This document shows positions 55,064 through 63,134 of a stretch of DNA of 64,000 nucleotides, piece by piece. Source of the DNA: an archaeon (GTDB taxonomy: Archaea > Thermoplasmatota > Thermoplasmata > Methanomassiliicoccales > Methanomethylophilaceae); assembly GCA_024399155.1 (NCBI GenBank), contig JAKSHX010000001.1, positions 33,116-97,115 on the forward strand, in the 5' to 3' direction. The position numbers were made by a program, and so were the translations under genes. Every line of letters starts with the position of its first letter. Within the stretch, counting starts at the first letter, position 1. Under the pieces are notes generated by a model. That model was not told the origin of the DNA. It did no database searches and saw only the letters and a program-made list of their open reading frames with translations.

Positions 55064-55132
55064 ATAAGGATTTCATCACGCACCCCGTAACTCACGCATC
55101 TACGTTGATTGAGGCACGTACTTTTTTCCAAC
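55064..55132. repeat. 69-nt repeated intergenic element, copy 2
   Basis: ATAAGGATTTCATCAC-N40-ACTTTTTTCCAAC. Interior shares TACG-N4-TTGAG with copy 1. Lies upstream (minus-strand sense) of the non-coding leader and tRNA cluster. Confidence 0.6.
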
Positions 55133-55176
55133 CTTTTCAGAAACGGTTTATTAGATAAAACCCTACTTTTATTCTG

Positions 55177-55338
55177 TTATACAATTATCATTACCTGTGG
55201 AGCTTCGTCAGACTCGTCTCCTTCATCTACGTCTATACAAGCAATTTCTAATGCTCTGTCATTATCATCATCATAGACAATAATTTCGCTTTTTCCATCA
55301 AATTCCATTAACTGTTTAATTAAATCGTTTACTTTCAT
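55177..55338 (-). CDS. Small acidic protein (53 aa)
   Basis: MKVNDLIKQLMEFDGKSEIIVYDDDNDRALEIACIDVDEGDESDEAPQVMIIV. RBS GGAGG. Confidence 0.5.
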   Translation of the reverse strand: MKVNDLIKQLMEFDGKSEIIVYDDDNDRALEIACIDVDEGDESDEAPQVMIIV

Positions 55339-55397
55339 ATCTTTATACCTCCATCAATCTCTGATTTGATATGTATATTATTATGGCATATTTCAAA

Positions 55398-55637
55398 TTA
55401 GCTTTTTATTTCCTTCATTGTTTTTGCTGCGAGCAGAAATTCTTTCGGTGATATCTTCAAAGATTCTCCAAAATGATTCGAAGCACAAAAACCACTCTGG
55501 TCAAAACTTAAATAGTATTCACCATCGCCTTTTACCTGTTTGAGTACTAACGAAGTGAAGTTGTAATAATATAAATCCCAACCTAATGCACTCCACTTTT
55601 CCAAAAGAATAAGAAGCACACCTTTATTTCTTTTCAT
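55398..55637 (-). CDS. Hypothetical protein
   Basis: 79-aa ORF. Confidence 0.5.
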   Translation of the reverse strand: MKRNKGVLLILLEKWSALGWDLYYYNFTSLVLKQVKGDGEYYLSFDQSGFCASNHFGESLKISPKEFLLAAKTMKEIKS

Positions 55638-55641
55638 TCAG

Positions 55642-55800
55642 TCAAACCTCCTCTTCGAGATCCTTTAAATCATACACATCAGAATCGAAGATTACCTCGT
55701 TGCAATCCTCACATTCGAGTGTTAGGCAATCTCCATACCTTACTATTGAAACCTTATGACCTAAGTGCTGAGCAAGTTTCTCTTTTAATACATTGTTCAT
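55642..55800 (-). CDS. Small protein (52 aa) with CxxC-like pairs
   Basis: MNNVLKEKLAQHLGHKVSIVRYGDCLTLECEDCNEVIFDSDVYDLKDLEEEV. RBS GGAGG. Confidence 0.5.
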   Translation of the reverse strand: MNNVLKEKLAQHLGHKVSIVRYGDCLTLECEDCNEVIFDSDVYDLKDLEEEV

Positions 55801-55811
55801 TGTAAAACCTC

Positions 55812-56240
55812 CTAAACATTTATTTCCGTCTTGAAATTAAGACACATACTGAAATCTCCGATGTCTATATACCCCTCTCCGTCAGTAACATCATCGTAAT
55901 CGCCGCACCAATTCTCATCGTCTGTTGGATAAATCCCAACAACGAAGTCGTGTCCACGCTTGAAGATATCTATAATTTTTTCTATTGGAAACATTGCCTC
56001 AGCTTCTGCCTCTTCCATATCATACAGGTTGATTTCCTTGCCCGTATCAACCTCTCTTAATACCCACGGAATTAAATCACCCTTTACTCTGCAGCTTAAT
56101 CTGGTACTCTTATAATCAATATCACCCTGAATATCAAAACATATATCATATGTATTGTTATTATCTTCATATGTAAATGATATCCAGTCAGGCGTATACC
56201 CTGTATCAGTCTTACTTATTGCGTCTAAACACATCCTCAT
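55812..56240 (-). CDS. Hypothetical protein
   Basis: 142-aa ORF, coupled to the upstream gene. Confidence 0.5.
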   Translation of the reverse strand: MRMCLDAISKTDTGYTPDWISFTYEDNNNTYDICFDIQGDIDYKSTRLSCRVKGDLIPWVLREVDTGKEINLYDMEEAEAEAMFPIEKIIDIFKRGHDFVVGIYPTDDENWCGDYDDVTDGEGYIDIGDFSMCLNFKTEINV

Positions 56241-56241
56241 T

Positions 56242-56571
56242 TCAACTTACCTCCTCAACTAACATCTGTAACAATTCTTCTTCTGAACTAACCTCTATAT
56301 TATATGGTTCAAAAAACTCTTCACTCCATACTAGTGCCCTGTCGTCTACAAAATAAGCAGGGCAGTATTTCCCTTTTCTAAACCTTATTTCTCTTTTGGT
56401 TATTTTTACTGCTTCTCCTTCCTTTCTACACATCCAATCACTGACTCCCGGATCCCATTCACCGGATAATGCAAGGTCTCTATCGATGTTATCCAAATTT
56501 TCTTTAACATAAACGGTATCGCCTACGTTATACATAAACACAACATCTTCTTCTGCTACTGCTGCTGGCAT
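56242..56571 (-). CDS. SH3-like small protein, paralog family member (C-terminal SSEEELLQMLVEEVS)
   Basis: Start moved to M21 (RBS GAAAGGAAG), because the ORF-track N-terminus overlaps the a1' arm of ncRNA unit 2. Core YNVGDTVYV...LVWSEEFFE. Confidence 0.6.
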   Translation of the reverse strand: MPAAVAEEDVVFMYNVGDTVYVKENLDNIDRDLALSGEWDPGVSDWMCRKEGEAVKITKREIRFRKGKYCPAYFVDDRALVWSEEFFEPYNIEVSSEEELLQMLVEEVS

Positions 56572-56599
56572 ATTAACAACTTCCTTTCTATATTTTTTT

Positions 56600-56888
56600 A
56601 ATCGTAATCTAAATGAGATTTTCTCATCCATGTGGACATCAGAATTACCTGTTAGCTACCTCTCTTCAGTGGTTTATTCATGCGTTTTGACCTTCGTTCC
56701 TTAAACTTCCCACGGTTTTTCCACGTTCGTGATAGCTGATGTTCTTAACATCGCCTCGCCCCGTTAAGTTCCTGGATTCGAGCTATAGAACGCCGGGCTT
56801 GGGCAGCCTGATCGGCCCGTTCGTCCACTTATCAAATTGTTACTTCCATCTACGACAGAAGCGGTTAAAAACCAATTGCATTACGATT
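56600..56888 (-). ncRNA. Retron-type ncRNA unit 2 (msr/msd-like), downstream of the RT
   Basis: a2' AAUCGUAAU (56888-56880) pairs with a1' AUUACGAUU (56608-56600). A G follows a2'. The 5' 85-90 nt is homologous to unit 1, including the 33-nt block 56829-56861. The GC-rich unique 3' part carries helices GUGGAC/GUCCAC, AUAGCU/AGCUAU, GAUGUU/AACAUC and AUGAGA/UCUCAU. Confidence 0.6.
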
Positions 56889-56894
56889 GTTTTA

Positions 56895-58049
56895 TTATCC
56901 TCTCAGGTCTTCCTTCATCATATCTACGACGTTGACACCGAGTTTATTGTTTATTTTATGTATGATATTATCTATATGATCTTTCTCAACCATACGATAA
57001 TAGTTCCTGTATCCTTCAAGAACCTGAACTTCATTTAATTCCCACGACTTCCCGTTAAGCCTATCCATAGCATAGTTAAACAGCATAACAGCGAATCTCC
57101 GTTTCGCTTTGTACCCAATAGTGATTTCATTATCCTTATTGAGCATAACTCCGAGGTTCCAGTTAGAACCAGACGAAGAACCATACCTTGTCTTCTGACT
57201 CTTGATGTTGAACGGAGCTCCAAAACCATTAAGGCTTTCCTTAATGATTGACTCAATCTCATCCACATCAAAATCGTACTCAGAAGAAACTATAAAGTCA
57301 TCCGCATATCTTGTGTAAATATACTTCTGCTTATTATAATCCTTTAGCTTATTGGACAGTTCGTAGTCCACAGGAATCATAATTAAGTTAGTAATGAGCG
57401 GTGATATCGGTGTGCCCTGAGGAAGACCGCCATCCAGAAAAGCAAGGTTAATTGCGTCAGCTAACGCCTGTTTGCCTTCTTCATCCTTAACAACCTGAGA
57501 AAACGGGAATATCATTGAAAGCATTTTCATTGTATATTCTTCTGTTGTACTTCCGAAGAAGTTGCTCAGGTCATACTTAGCAAACCACTTGCTTTTATTC
57601 TGCTGATGTTTCTTTACCGCATCAAGAGTGCTTCTATTCTTTACATAAGCGAATGCTGCAGTGTGATATAAAGCCCCGAACTGTTCTTCAAATATCCTCT
57701 TAAGTTCCCTTAATGCTTCCATTAATTCTGGATTAGGGGCATCTATACGGCGAAGTCCACCACTTTTCTTTGGAATATGAAACGTATAATAAAGACTGGA
57801 ACGTTCAGCGTTCTTTAAAGCCTCATACTTTTCATTAAATGTCTTGAGCGTCTGGATTAAATGACGCACAGAAATCGCCCTTTTAAAATGCTTTGTAGCT
57901 TCTTCAACACAATACGTTCTTGTTGCTGTTGTGTTAGGAGCAGCTAAACCACCATACTTAGGTTCTTCGAATAATGTATCCAGATTAAGTAAATCATCAA
58001 GACTCATTTGATGATATGACGGACTCAATTTTACAACAATATACTCCAT
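56895..58049 (-). CDS. Reverse transcriptase, retron/DRT-like (stand-alone RT domain)
   Basis: FHIPKKSGGLRRIDAPNPELMEALRELK, YVKNRSTLDAVKKH, YDLSNFFGS, GLPQGTPISPLITNL, YTRYADDFIVSS, IKSQKT...NLGVMLN. ATG at 58049 with AAGGAGG; the track start (TTG 58079) lies inside the a1 arm. Confidence 0.85.
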   Translation of the reverse strand: MEYIVVKLSPSYHQMSLDDLLNLDTLFEEPKYGGLAAPNTTATRTYCVEEATKHFKRAISVRHLIQTLKTFNEKYEALKNAERSSLYYTFHIPKKSGGLRRIDAPNPELMEALRELKRIFEEQFGALYHTAAFAYVKNRSTLDAVKKHQQNKSKWFAKYDLSNFFGSTTEEYTMKMLSMIFPFSQVVKDEEGKQALADAINLAFLDGGLPQGTPISPLITNLIMIPVDYELSNKLKDYNKQKYIYTRYADDFIVSSEYDFDVDEIESIIKESLNGFGAPFNIKSQKTRYGSSSGSNWNLGVMLNKDNEITIGYKAKRRFAVMLFNYAMDRLNGKSWELNEVQVLEGYRNYYRMVEKDHIDNIIHKINNKLGVNVVDMMKEDLRG

Positions 58050-58069
58050 ATGTATCCTCCTTGTTATTG

Positions 58070-58283
58070 TTAATTGCAATCTTTGTATTCTTATACCTGC
58101 CTGACGGCGTTGCCCGCAGCCCTTGAGAACGCGTAAAACCTTACTTTGAAAATATTAAAAGCCTTTGATCGAAGCTCCTGAAATTCAGATCCACTTCCGC
58201 CTCACCCGATCGTGCCTTTATCAAATAGTTACTTCCATCTACGACAGAAGTTTTCTGTTACCAGAAAAATGCATTGCAATTAA
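58070..58283 (-). ncRNA. Retron-type ncRNA unit 1 (msr/msd-like), upstream of the RT
   Basis: a2 UUAAUUGCAAU (58283-58273) pairs perfectly with a1 AUUGCAAUUAA (58080-58070). A G immediately follows a2. Hairpins UUUUCUG-GUAA-CAGAAAA, CUUC-N11-GAAG, GAUCGGG...CUUCGAUC and GUAU-AAGA-AUAC. a1 ends 20 nt before the RT ATG. Confidence 0.65.
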
Positions 58284-58525
58284 ATATTACTTAAAAAATC
58301 TGTAAGTGATTCTTCACTCTCTATTTCAGTATTCGTATCAACAGGCTCAAGTTCTTCAACCATAAAATCAAGTATCATTTCTGGTGCGAACTGAACTGTA
58401 ATAGGATATGTACCTGTGTCGATATTTGTAACTATCCCCTCTTCTCCTATATAACTTTGTGCTGTTGTCTGTTGATCTTCCCCAATTACACGAGTAACAA
58501 TCACAGTTTGTCCTACGTAAAACAT
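58280..58525 (-). CDS. SH3-like small protein, paralog family (C-terminal SEESLTDFLSNI)
   Basis: Start at M6 (RBS GAGAGGTG). FYVGQTVIV core. Confidence 0.6.
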   Translation of the reverse strand: MFYVGQTVIVTRVIGEDQQTTAQSYIGEEGIVTNIDTGTYPITVQFAPEMILDFMVEELEPVDTNTEIESEESLTDFLSNI

Positions 58526-58529
58526 ATCA

Positions 58530-58805
58530 TCACCTCTCAAACAATCCTAACAATTCATCTTCGGACGCAACGTCAAGTTCGTATTCCGAACTGTCATAAA
58601 GGGATATTTCAGACTCATACCAGAGGTATTTATCCGTATGACTCTCTCCGTCAAACACTATAAGATAAGCTTTTTCACCAATTAAATTAAGTCTACAAGA
58701 TGATATAACTCCCTTTCTACCTCTATATTCTTCATATCTCCTACCAGGATCCACAACCTCTACATAATCCCCCGGTTTGTATCGATAATTTATACTACTA
58801 TCCAT
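58530..58805 (-). CDS. SH3-like small protein, paralog family (C-terminal ASEDELLGLFER)
   Basis: YKPGDYVEVV...YLWYESEISL. Confidence 0.6.
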   Translation of the reverse strand: MDSSINYRYKPGDYVEVVDPGRRYEEYRGRKGVISSCRLNLIGEKAYLIVFDGESHTDKYLWYESEISLYDSSEYELDVASEDELLGLFER

Positions 58806-58817
58806 GTCAAAACCCTC

Positions 58818-59081
58818 CTAACTTAATAAATTCAGCAGTTCATTTTCAGATGCTATTGCAGTTTCAACTGACTGACTAGTACAATAATCTATCTCTTCTT
58901 CAAACCACACATAATCATCTATATCATTATCTCCATCAAACCGTATCTCATAAGCACCTTTATAATCCTCATCAAAATGACGAGTTGCTATAATACCTCT
59001 TCTACCCATATATCTTTCATATCCATCCTGTGGATTTACGACTTGGACATAATCTTCGATCTTATACTTGCAATTCTTCAT
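58818..59081 (-). CDS. SH3-like small protein, paralog family (C-terminal ASENELLNLLS)
   Basis: YKIEDYVQVV...YVWFEEEIDY. Confidence 0.6.
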   Translation of the reverse strand: MKNCKYKIEDYVQVVNPQDGYERYMGRRGIIATRHFDEDYKGAYEIRFDGDNDIDDYVWFEEEIDYCTSQSVETAIASENELLNLLS

Positions 59082-59093
59082 ATTAAATCCTTC

Positions 59094-59375
59094 CTAACTT
59101 AATAAATCCAACAGCTCTTCCTCGGATGAAACTTCAATTTTATCGTCATCATAAACAAGCTCAAGATACCCTTCATGCCATGTCCAGCTTATCTCTTCTA
59201 AGAAACACAGTTTAGAATCACGGCTATAATAACTATGCATTGTAAAAACCTGTCCTTCATATTCCTCCATTTCATCACATACACCCGGAGTACTATGACC
59301 ACCTAATCTAAGAAGAGCATCTATCTCTTTTAAATTATGCCTTACCCTTACCCTATCACCTTTTTCAAACATCAC
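59094..59375 (-). CDS. SH3-like small protein, paralog family (C-terminal SSEEELLDLLS)
   Basis: FEKGDRVRVR...WTWHEGYLEL. Confidence 0.6.
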   Translation of the reverse strand: MMFEKGDRVRVRHNLKEIDALLRLGGHSTPGVCDEMEEYEGQVFTMHSYYSRDSKLCFLEEISWTWHEGYLELVYDDDKIEVSSEEELLDLLS

Positions 59376-59660
59376 TTAACACTCCCTTATAAAATCTAAA
59401 AACTCTGACTCACTTGGAAGTCCATCAGACTCAAGAGCAATTTCCTTAGTTGTCCAATAAGAAAAATCTCTTGTATAACCATTGTATATCTGTTCTATGT
59501 CTAATTTGACATAGTCATGACCTCTTATGTCTTTAATTATCTCTAAAACCCTGCCTACACGCCCTACAAAAGATTCATTTAAATCATTAGCCTCAAGTCG
59601 TGACTTATCAAAGCTTACGATTTTTACATATTCATCAACAGTTATATCATTAACATTCAT
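59376..59660 (-). CDS. Small protein, paralog family (C-terminal SESEFLDFIREC)
   Basis: Start at M18 (RBS GAGGTG). VDEYVKIV...GRVGRVLEI core. Confidence 0.55.
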   Translation of the reverse strand: MNVNDITVDEYVKIVSFDKSRLEANDLNESFVGRVGRVLEIIKDIRGHDYVKLDIEQIYNGYTRDFSYWTTKEIALESDGLPSESEFLDFIREC

Positions 59661-59677
59661 AATATCACCTCGACTAC

Positions 59678-59872
59678 TTATCCAATACAGAGAAGATACT
59701 CTTCTCTCCACTGATCAACCCTGATTTTATCATTGATATACCCATCATAAACATTAACCATTCTGTTATCCTTAACCTTATATACTTTCTTTCTTCCCGT
59801 AATAATGAATACAAATCCCTGTTTAATGTCTTTAACCTTATCTCCAATATCGAACTTAAATTCAAATTCCAT
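59678..59872 (-). CDS. Small SH3-like protein (no C-terminal tail motif)
   Basis: Start at M5 (RBS GAGGT). FDIGDKVKDI core. Confidence 0.5.
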   Translation of the reverse strand: MEFEFKFDIGDKVKDIKQGFVFIITGRKKVYKVKDNRMVNVYDGYINDKIRVDQWREEYLLCIG

Positions 59873-60000
59873 AATTAACCTCATTTCCAGAAATTATATG
59901 TATAATAATTTAACATTTTTATTTTAAGATTTTTATAAATATATTAATAATAATATATATATTTTATATATTTTTTTCTTTAAGGGAGACCCCTCTCAAA

Positions 60001-60015
60001 CGACGTAAATACGTG
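60001..60015. promoter_or_regulatory. Operator-like site CGACGTAAATACGTG in the AT-rich intergenic region
   Basis: 13/15 identical to 23885-23899. Lies in the 190-nt AT-rich gap that splits the paralog array. Confidence 0.45.
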
Positions 60016-60075
60016 GTCTAAAAATCATTTTAGCACCCTAAAGGTTCTAAAATTTTTTCGAGCAGTATTTTTTTA

Positions 60076-60363
60076 TCAAGAATCCTCAGATAAAAATGTC
60101 GGTTCATTTGACATTAAAAGTTGATTAAACTCTTCAAGGTTAGGAATCTCATAGTCCTTAGGATATGCAAGTTCTACTACTGATTCTGGATAGTAAAAAT
60201 TTCCGAGTCTAACCCATGGTATATCATCCGGTAGATCGCAACCTGCGCCTGAAACTATCATAGTTCCCGTAAAAATCATACTTTCCCAAATTGTATATCC
60301 GTCATGTATTGACATGGACTTAATACCTGGAACAAGATGAACTTCATCACCAATATTAAACAT
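60076..60363 (-). CDS. SH3-like small protein, paralog family (EEFNQLLMS... tail)
   Basis: FNIGDEVHLV core. Confidence 0.55.
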   Translation of the reverse strand: MFNIGDEVHLVPGIKSMSIHDGYTIWESMIFTGTMIVSGAGCDLPDDIPWVRLGNFYYPESVVELAYPKDYEIPNLEEFNQLLMSNEPTFLSEDS

Positions 60364-60372
60364 ATAATCACC

Positions 60373-60558
60373 TCATATCTTAGTCAGAGTTTTACAGTTA
60401 CCTATCTGGACATTATCCAGACCAGTAAACCCTTGTTCCTTCATGTTTTTAAAAACAATTTCCTTAGCTTCTTTAAATGAACAAGCAGAAATTGTTTCTG
60501 TATGTACGCCTTTTACCTCAAATGATAAGGTAAATTCCTTCAATTCAATATCATCCAT
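60373..60558 (-). CDS. Small hypothetical protein
   Basis: 61-aa ORF. Confidence 0.45.
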   Translation of the reverse strand: MDDIELKEFTLSFEVKGVHTETISACSFKEAKEIVFKNMKEQGFTGLDNVQIGNCKTLTKI

Positions 60559-60560
60559 TG

Positions 60561-60857
60561 TTAATCTCCTAAAAGAAAATCATTAAGCTGCTTAGCTGTA
60601 GCACACTTTACACGATGAGGCCTATCTAAAAGTGTTATATGATAAGGTTCAACATCGAACACAGCGTTAATTTCATTTATAAAACCTCTACGCATTTCTT
60701 CCCCTAAAGTATTAAGCCATTCATCATCATAATTTAAAATTTTAACTTCAACTAAGTTATCTGGTCTTGAAGTACTTATTACCTCACAAGTAGAATATTG
60801 ATTTGTATACGAGTAGTATGAAGTCCCCCTAACAATATCTCCAACTTTAAATTTCAT
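60561..60857 (-). CDS. SH3-like small protein, paralog family (C-terminal AKQLNDFLLGD)
   Basis: FKVGDIVRGT core. Confidence 0.55.
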   Translation of the reverse strand: MKFKVGDIVRGTSYYSYTNQYSTCEVISTSRPDNLVEVKILNYDDEWLNTLGEEMRRGFINEINAVFDVEPYHITLLDRPHRVKCATAKQLNDFLLGD

Positions 60858-60871
60858 TTATATACCTCCTT

Positions 60872-61483
60872 TTAAGAAGTCATACATACAAGTACATCAG
60901 AAGACCAGAATATACCGTCTGAAGCTGATTCAGCGAATGATATTACCTCATCTAAATCATCAACAGAAAACTCGCCGATATAGATATCTGTTTTTGGAAT
61001 GTCTGTAGGTATCTCATCCTCGAACCATTCCTGTTCTATCATATCCTCTACTGAATCGAACTCTGAATATACATCAAATTCTATTATGTTATTGGATAAA
61101 TCAATCGTAGCAGTGCCTTCAGCCCAGCCATTTTGATATCCTATTCCAATATCAGTGAACGCTACAATACCATCGTCCCTACTTCCAGATGTTTTATATT
61201 CCCTATTTGGAAACATCTTTTTGAAATTACTAGCCTCAATACTTGGGTCGCCATCGTATTCTATCTGGCTTAAACATCCACCAGATGCTTCACACATATT
61301 AAGAACCCTAAGCATTAATTCTTCTTTAGTATAGTTTTCCGGATCGAATCCGCCATCATATAGTGAGTTAACAATATCTCTTATCGTATAAAGAGCACTC
61401 ATAGTATAAGCACTCCAATGATAATATATAGAAGCAACCGTCACGTCATTAGCCTCTATATTAACAACTAGTCTCTGTCCCAT
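60872..61483 (-). CDS. Hypothetical protein (203 aa)
   Basis: ORF with RBS. Confidence 0.5.
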   Translation of the reverse strand: MGQRLVVNIEANDVTVASIYYHWSAYTMSALYTIRDIVNSLYDGGFDPENYTKEELMLRVLNMCEASGGCLSQIEYDGDPSIEASNFKKMFPNREYKTSGSRDDGIVAFTDIGIGYQNGWAEGTATIDLSNNIIEFDVYSEFDSVEDMIEQEWFEDEIPTDIPKTDIYIGEFSVDDLDEVISFAESASDGIFWSSDVLVCMTS

Positions 61484-61493
61484 TTATATCACC

Positions 61494-61721
61494 TCATTCA
61501 TTATCAAAAGCTCTCTGCAAATTAACCCAAGTAACTGGGTTGATATCGAAAAATACTCCAATCTTCTCTGCTGCATCCTCAGTAATGCTTGCTTGTTCAG
61601 ATAAGAGAGAGTTGAGATATCCTAAGTCAAGGTTTACCTTTCTGGACACCTCTTCAGCAGTTGTATGAGAAGCCTCGAGTGCTTCTCGAATATACATACC
61701 CGGATGAAATTTAGTTTTCAT
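61494..61721 (-). CDS. HigA/VapI-like XRE-family HTH protein
   Basis: FHPGMYIREALEASHTTAEEVSRKVNLDLGYLNSLLSEQASITEDAAEKIGVFFDINPVTWVNLQRAFD follows the HigA antitoxin pattern. Start at M13. Confidence 0.6.
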   Translation of the reverse strand: MKTKFHPGMYIREALEASHTTAEEVSRKVNLDLGYLNSLLSEQASITEDAAEKIGVFFDINPVTWVNLQRAFDNE

Positions 61722-61947
61722 TATCTTCGCTCCTATTATTATTGCAAATAACCACACAGATATCGTTGTCAGGTCTTGAGTCCTTTATGTACGACTTAAC
61801 TGTTTGCGGGAAATGATCACAGAATTTATACTTGATTTTACCTTTGTTGTTCTTGCAAAACTCAACAACCTCATCAGGTATATAAGGTTCGTCCGTATAA
61901 AACATATATCTTCCCCCATTTTTTAAAGAGTAATCATATATCCACAT
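61711..61947 (-). CDS. Small hypothetical protein overlapping the HigA-like gene start
   Basis: 78-aa ORF with an 11-nt overlap to the downstream HTH gene. Confidence 0.45.
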   Translation of the reverse strand: MWIYDYSLKNGGRYMFYTDEPYIPDEVVEFCKNNKGKIKYKFCDHFPQTVKSYIKDSRPDNDICVVICNNNRSEDNEN

Positions 61948-62011
61948 AACTTATCATCTCCATTCCTATAAGCCTGACATACAGTATCTTACGTAAAATA
62001 AATAATCTTTC

Positions 62012-62236
62012 TTATTCATCTGACCCAACCTCTGCTTCAAGTTCTATAAATTCTTCATCGGCTGCTCTCCGTATTAAAGCACTATTAACCCATGCTCTGA
62101 TACAGAGATCAACTTTCCACCATTTGTCCTCTTCGTGTGCGTCACAAATCTCATTAACAAGATAGGTTATCTTTTTCTGCTCTTCTTTTGTAAGCGTATG
62201 ATACTTAGCTCTTACAAACTTTCTTGCATTCTTCAT
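62012..62236 (-). CDS. Small hypothetical protein
   Basis: 74-aa ORF. Confidence 0.45.
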   Translation of the reverse strand: MKNARKFVRAKYHTLTKEEQKKITYLVNEICDAHEEDKWWKVDLCIRAWVNSALIRRAADEEFIELEAEVGSDE

Positions 62237-62295
62237 TTACCTGTCACTTCCTTTAAATATTCTTCTTCCCAGTAAAATGGATCGCCTGTTCCATT

Positions 62296-62574
62296 TTACG
62301 ACAGTAAATCCAGTAACTCATTTTCGGTTGATACTTCAAGATCACTTTGAAGTAATTCTATTTCCTTACCATTCCACCTGAAGCGGTTATTTTTCTTAAC
62401 TTCTTCAATTTCAAAATCTAATATACATGGATAAGGCTCATATTCATCAATCCTTACTATAACAGCTGTCTCGCCTGAGAGCTGTCTCTTGAGCCGATAA
62501 GATGAGGGTGGTATTTTCCCCACACAAACTCTGTCGCCAACATTTAGAGGATTTCCGTGCATATCAAATATCAT
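62296..62574 (-). CDS. SH3-like small protein, paralog family (C-terminal STENELLDLLS)
   Basis: LNVGDRVCV...RFRWNGKEIEL. Confidence 0.6.
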   Translation of the reverse strand: MIFDMHGNPLNVGDRVCVGKIPPSSYRLKRQLSGETAVIVRIDEYEPYPCILDFEIEEVKKNNRFRWNGKEIELLQSDLEVSTENELLDLLS

Positions 62575-62837
62575 ACTATCACCTCGTTTATAAAGAACTT
62601 ATCAAACTCTTCTTCAGAAGATATGTTTAATTCCGGACTACAAACAAGATCAAACTCATATTCATTCCAGAGATAACAGTTTGATCTACCATCGAACTCA
62701 ATCTTGTATGGAAACGCCCTGTAATCTTCATGAACCTTTGCAATTATTCCTCTTAACCCAGCGTATGCTTCTTTCCCTACGTTGGAATTTTCTCCAACGT
62801 CACTACGTATAATAACTTCATCGCCAACTTCAAACAT
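62571..62837 (-). CDS. SH3-like small protein, paralog family (SSEEEFDKFF tail)
   Basis: FEVGDEVIIR...YLWNEYEFDL. Confidence 0.6.
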   Translation of the reverse strand: MFEVGDEVIIRSDVGENSNVGKEAYAGLRGIIAKVHEDYRAFPYKIEFDGRSNCYLWNEYEFDLVCSPELNISSEEEFDKFFINEVIV

Positions 62838-62841
62838 ATAC

Positions 62842-63123
62842 TCACCTCAAATCAAATAGTTCTTTTAATTCATCTTCCGTAGCTGGATTGACTTCTTCAT
62901 ATGGTTCGAACATATCTATTGTCCATATCCAGTATTCATCATCAATATCAAGACGGTATCTTGATTCTTCTCCTTCCCTCTCACGTTCAACAATTCTAGC
63001 TGTTAAACCACGGTATTTTTCCATACCTTCAACAAAGAAACAACCGCCTCTATATATTCTGTCTTCGTCAGCCTCTATGTCAGTCTTTATTACTACCGCA
63101 TCACCAACTTCATACTGTTCCAT
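62842..63123 (-). CDS. SH3-like small protein, paralog family (C-terminal ATEDELKELFDLR)
   Basis: YEVGDAVVIK...WIWTIDMFE. Confidence 0.6.
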   Translation of the reverse strand: MEQYEVGDAVVIKTDIEADEDRIYRGGCFFVEGMEKYRGLTARIVEREREGEESRYRLDIDDEYWIWTIDMFEPYEEVNPATEDELKELFDLR

Positions 63124-63134
63124 ATCATCAACTC

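Noticed and set aside
56600-58283. Diversity-generating retroelement (TR/VR pair) around the RT
   Set aside because: The repeated block (56829-56861 vs 58218-58250) lies outside coding sequence and is only 33 nt long. Its single difference is not an adenine-specific pattern. No C-terminal variable region of a target gene matches it.
56600-58283. Group II intron carrying the RT
   Set aside because: Only about 210 nt lie upstream and about 290 nt downstream of the ORF. There is no GUGYG 5' end and no domain-V-like 34-nt hairpin. The two flanks are homologous to each other, and each closes on itself through a1/a2 pairing.
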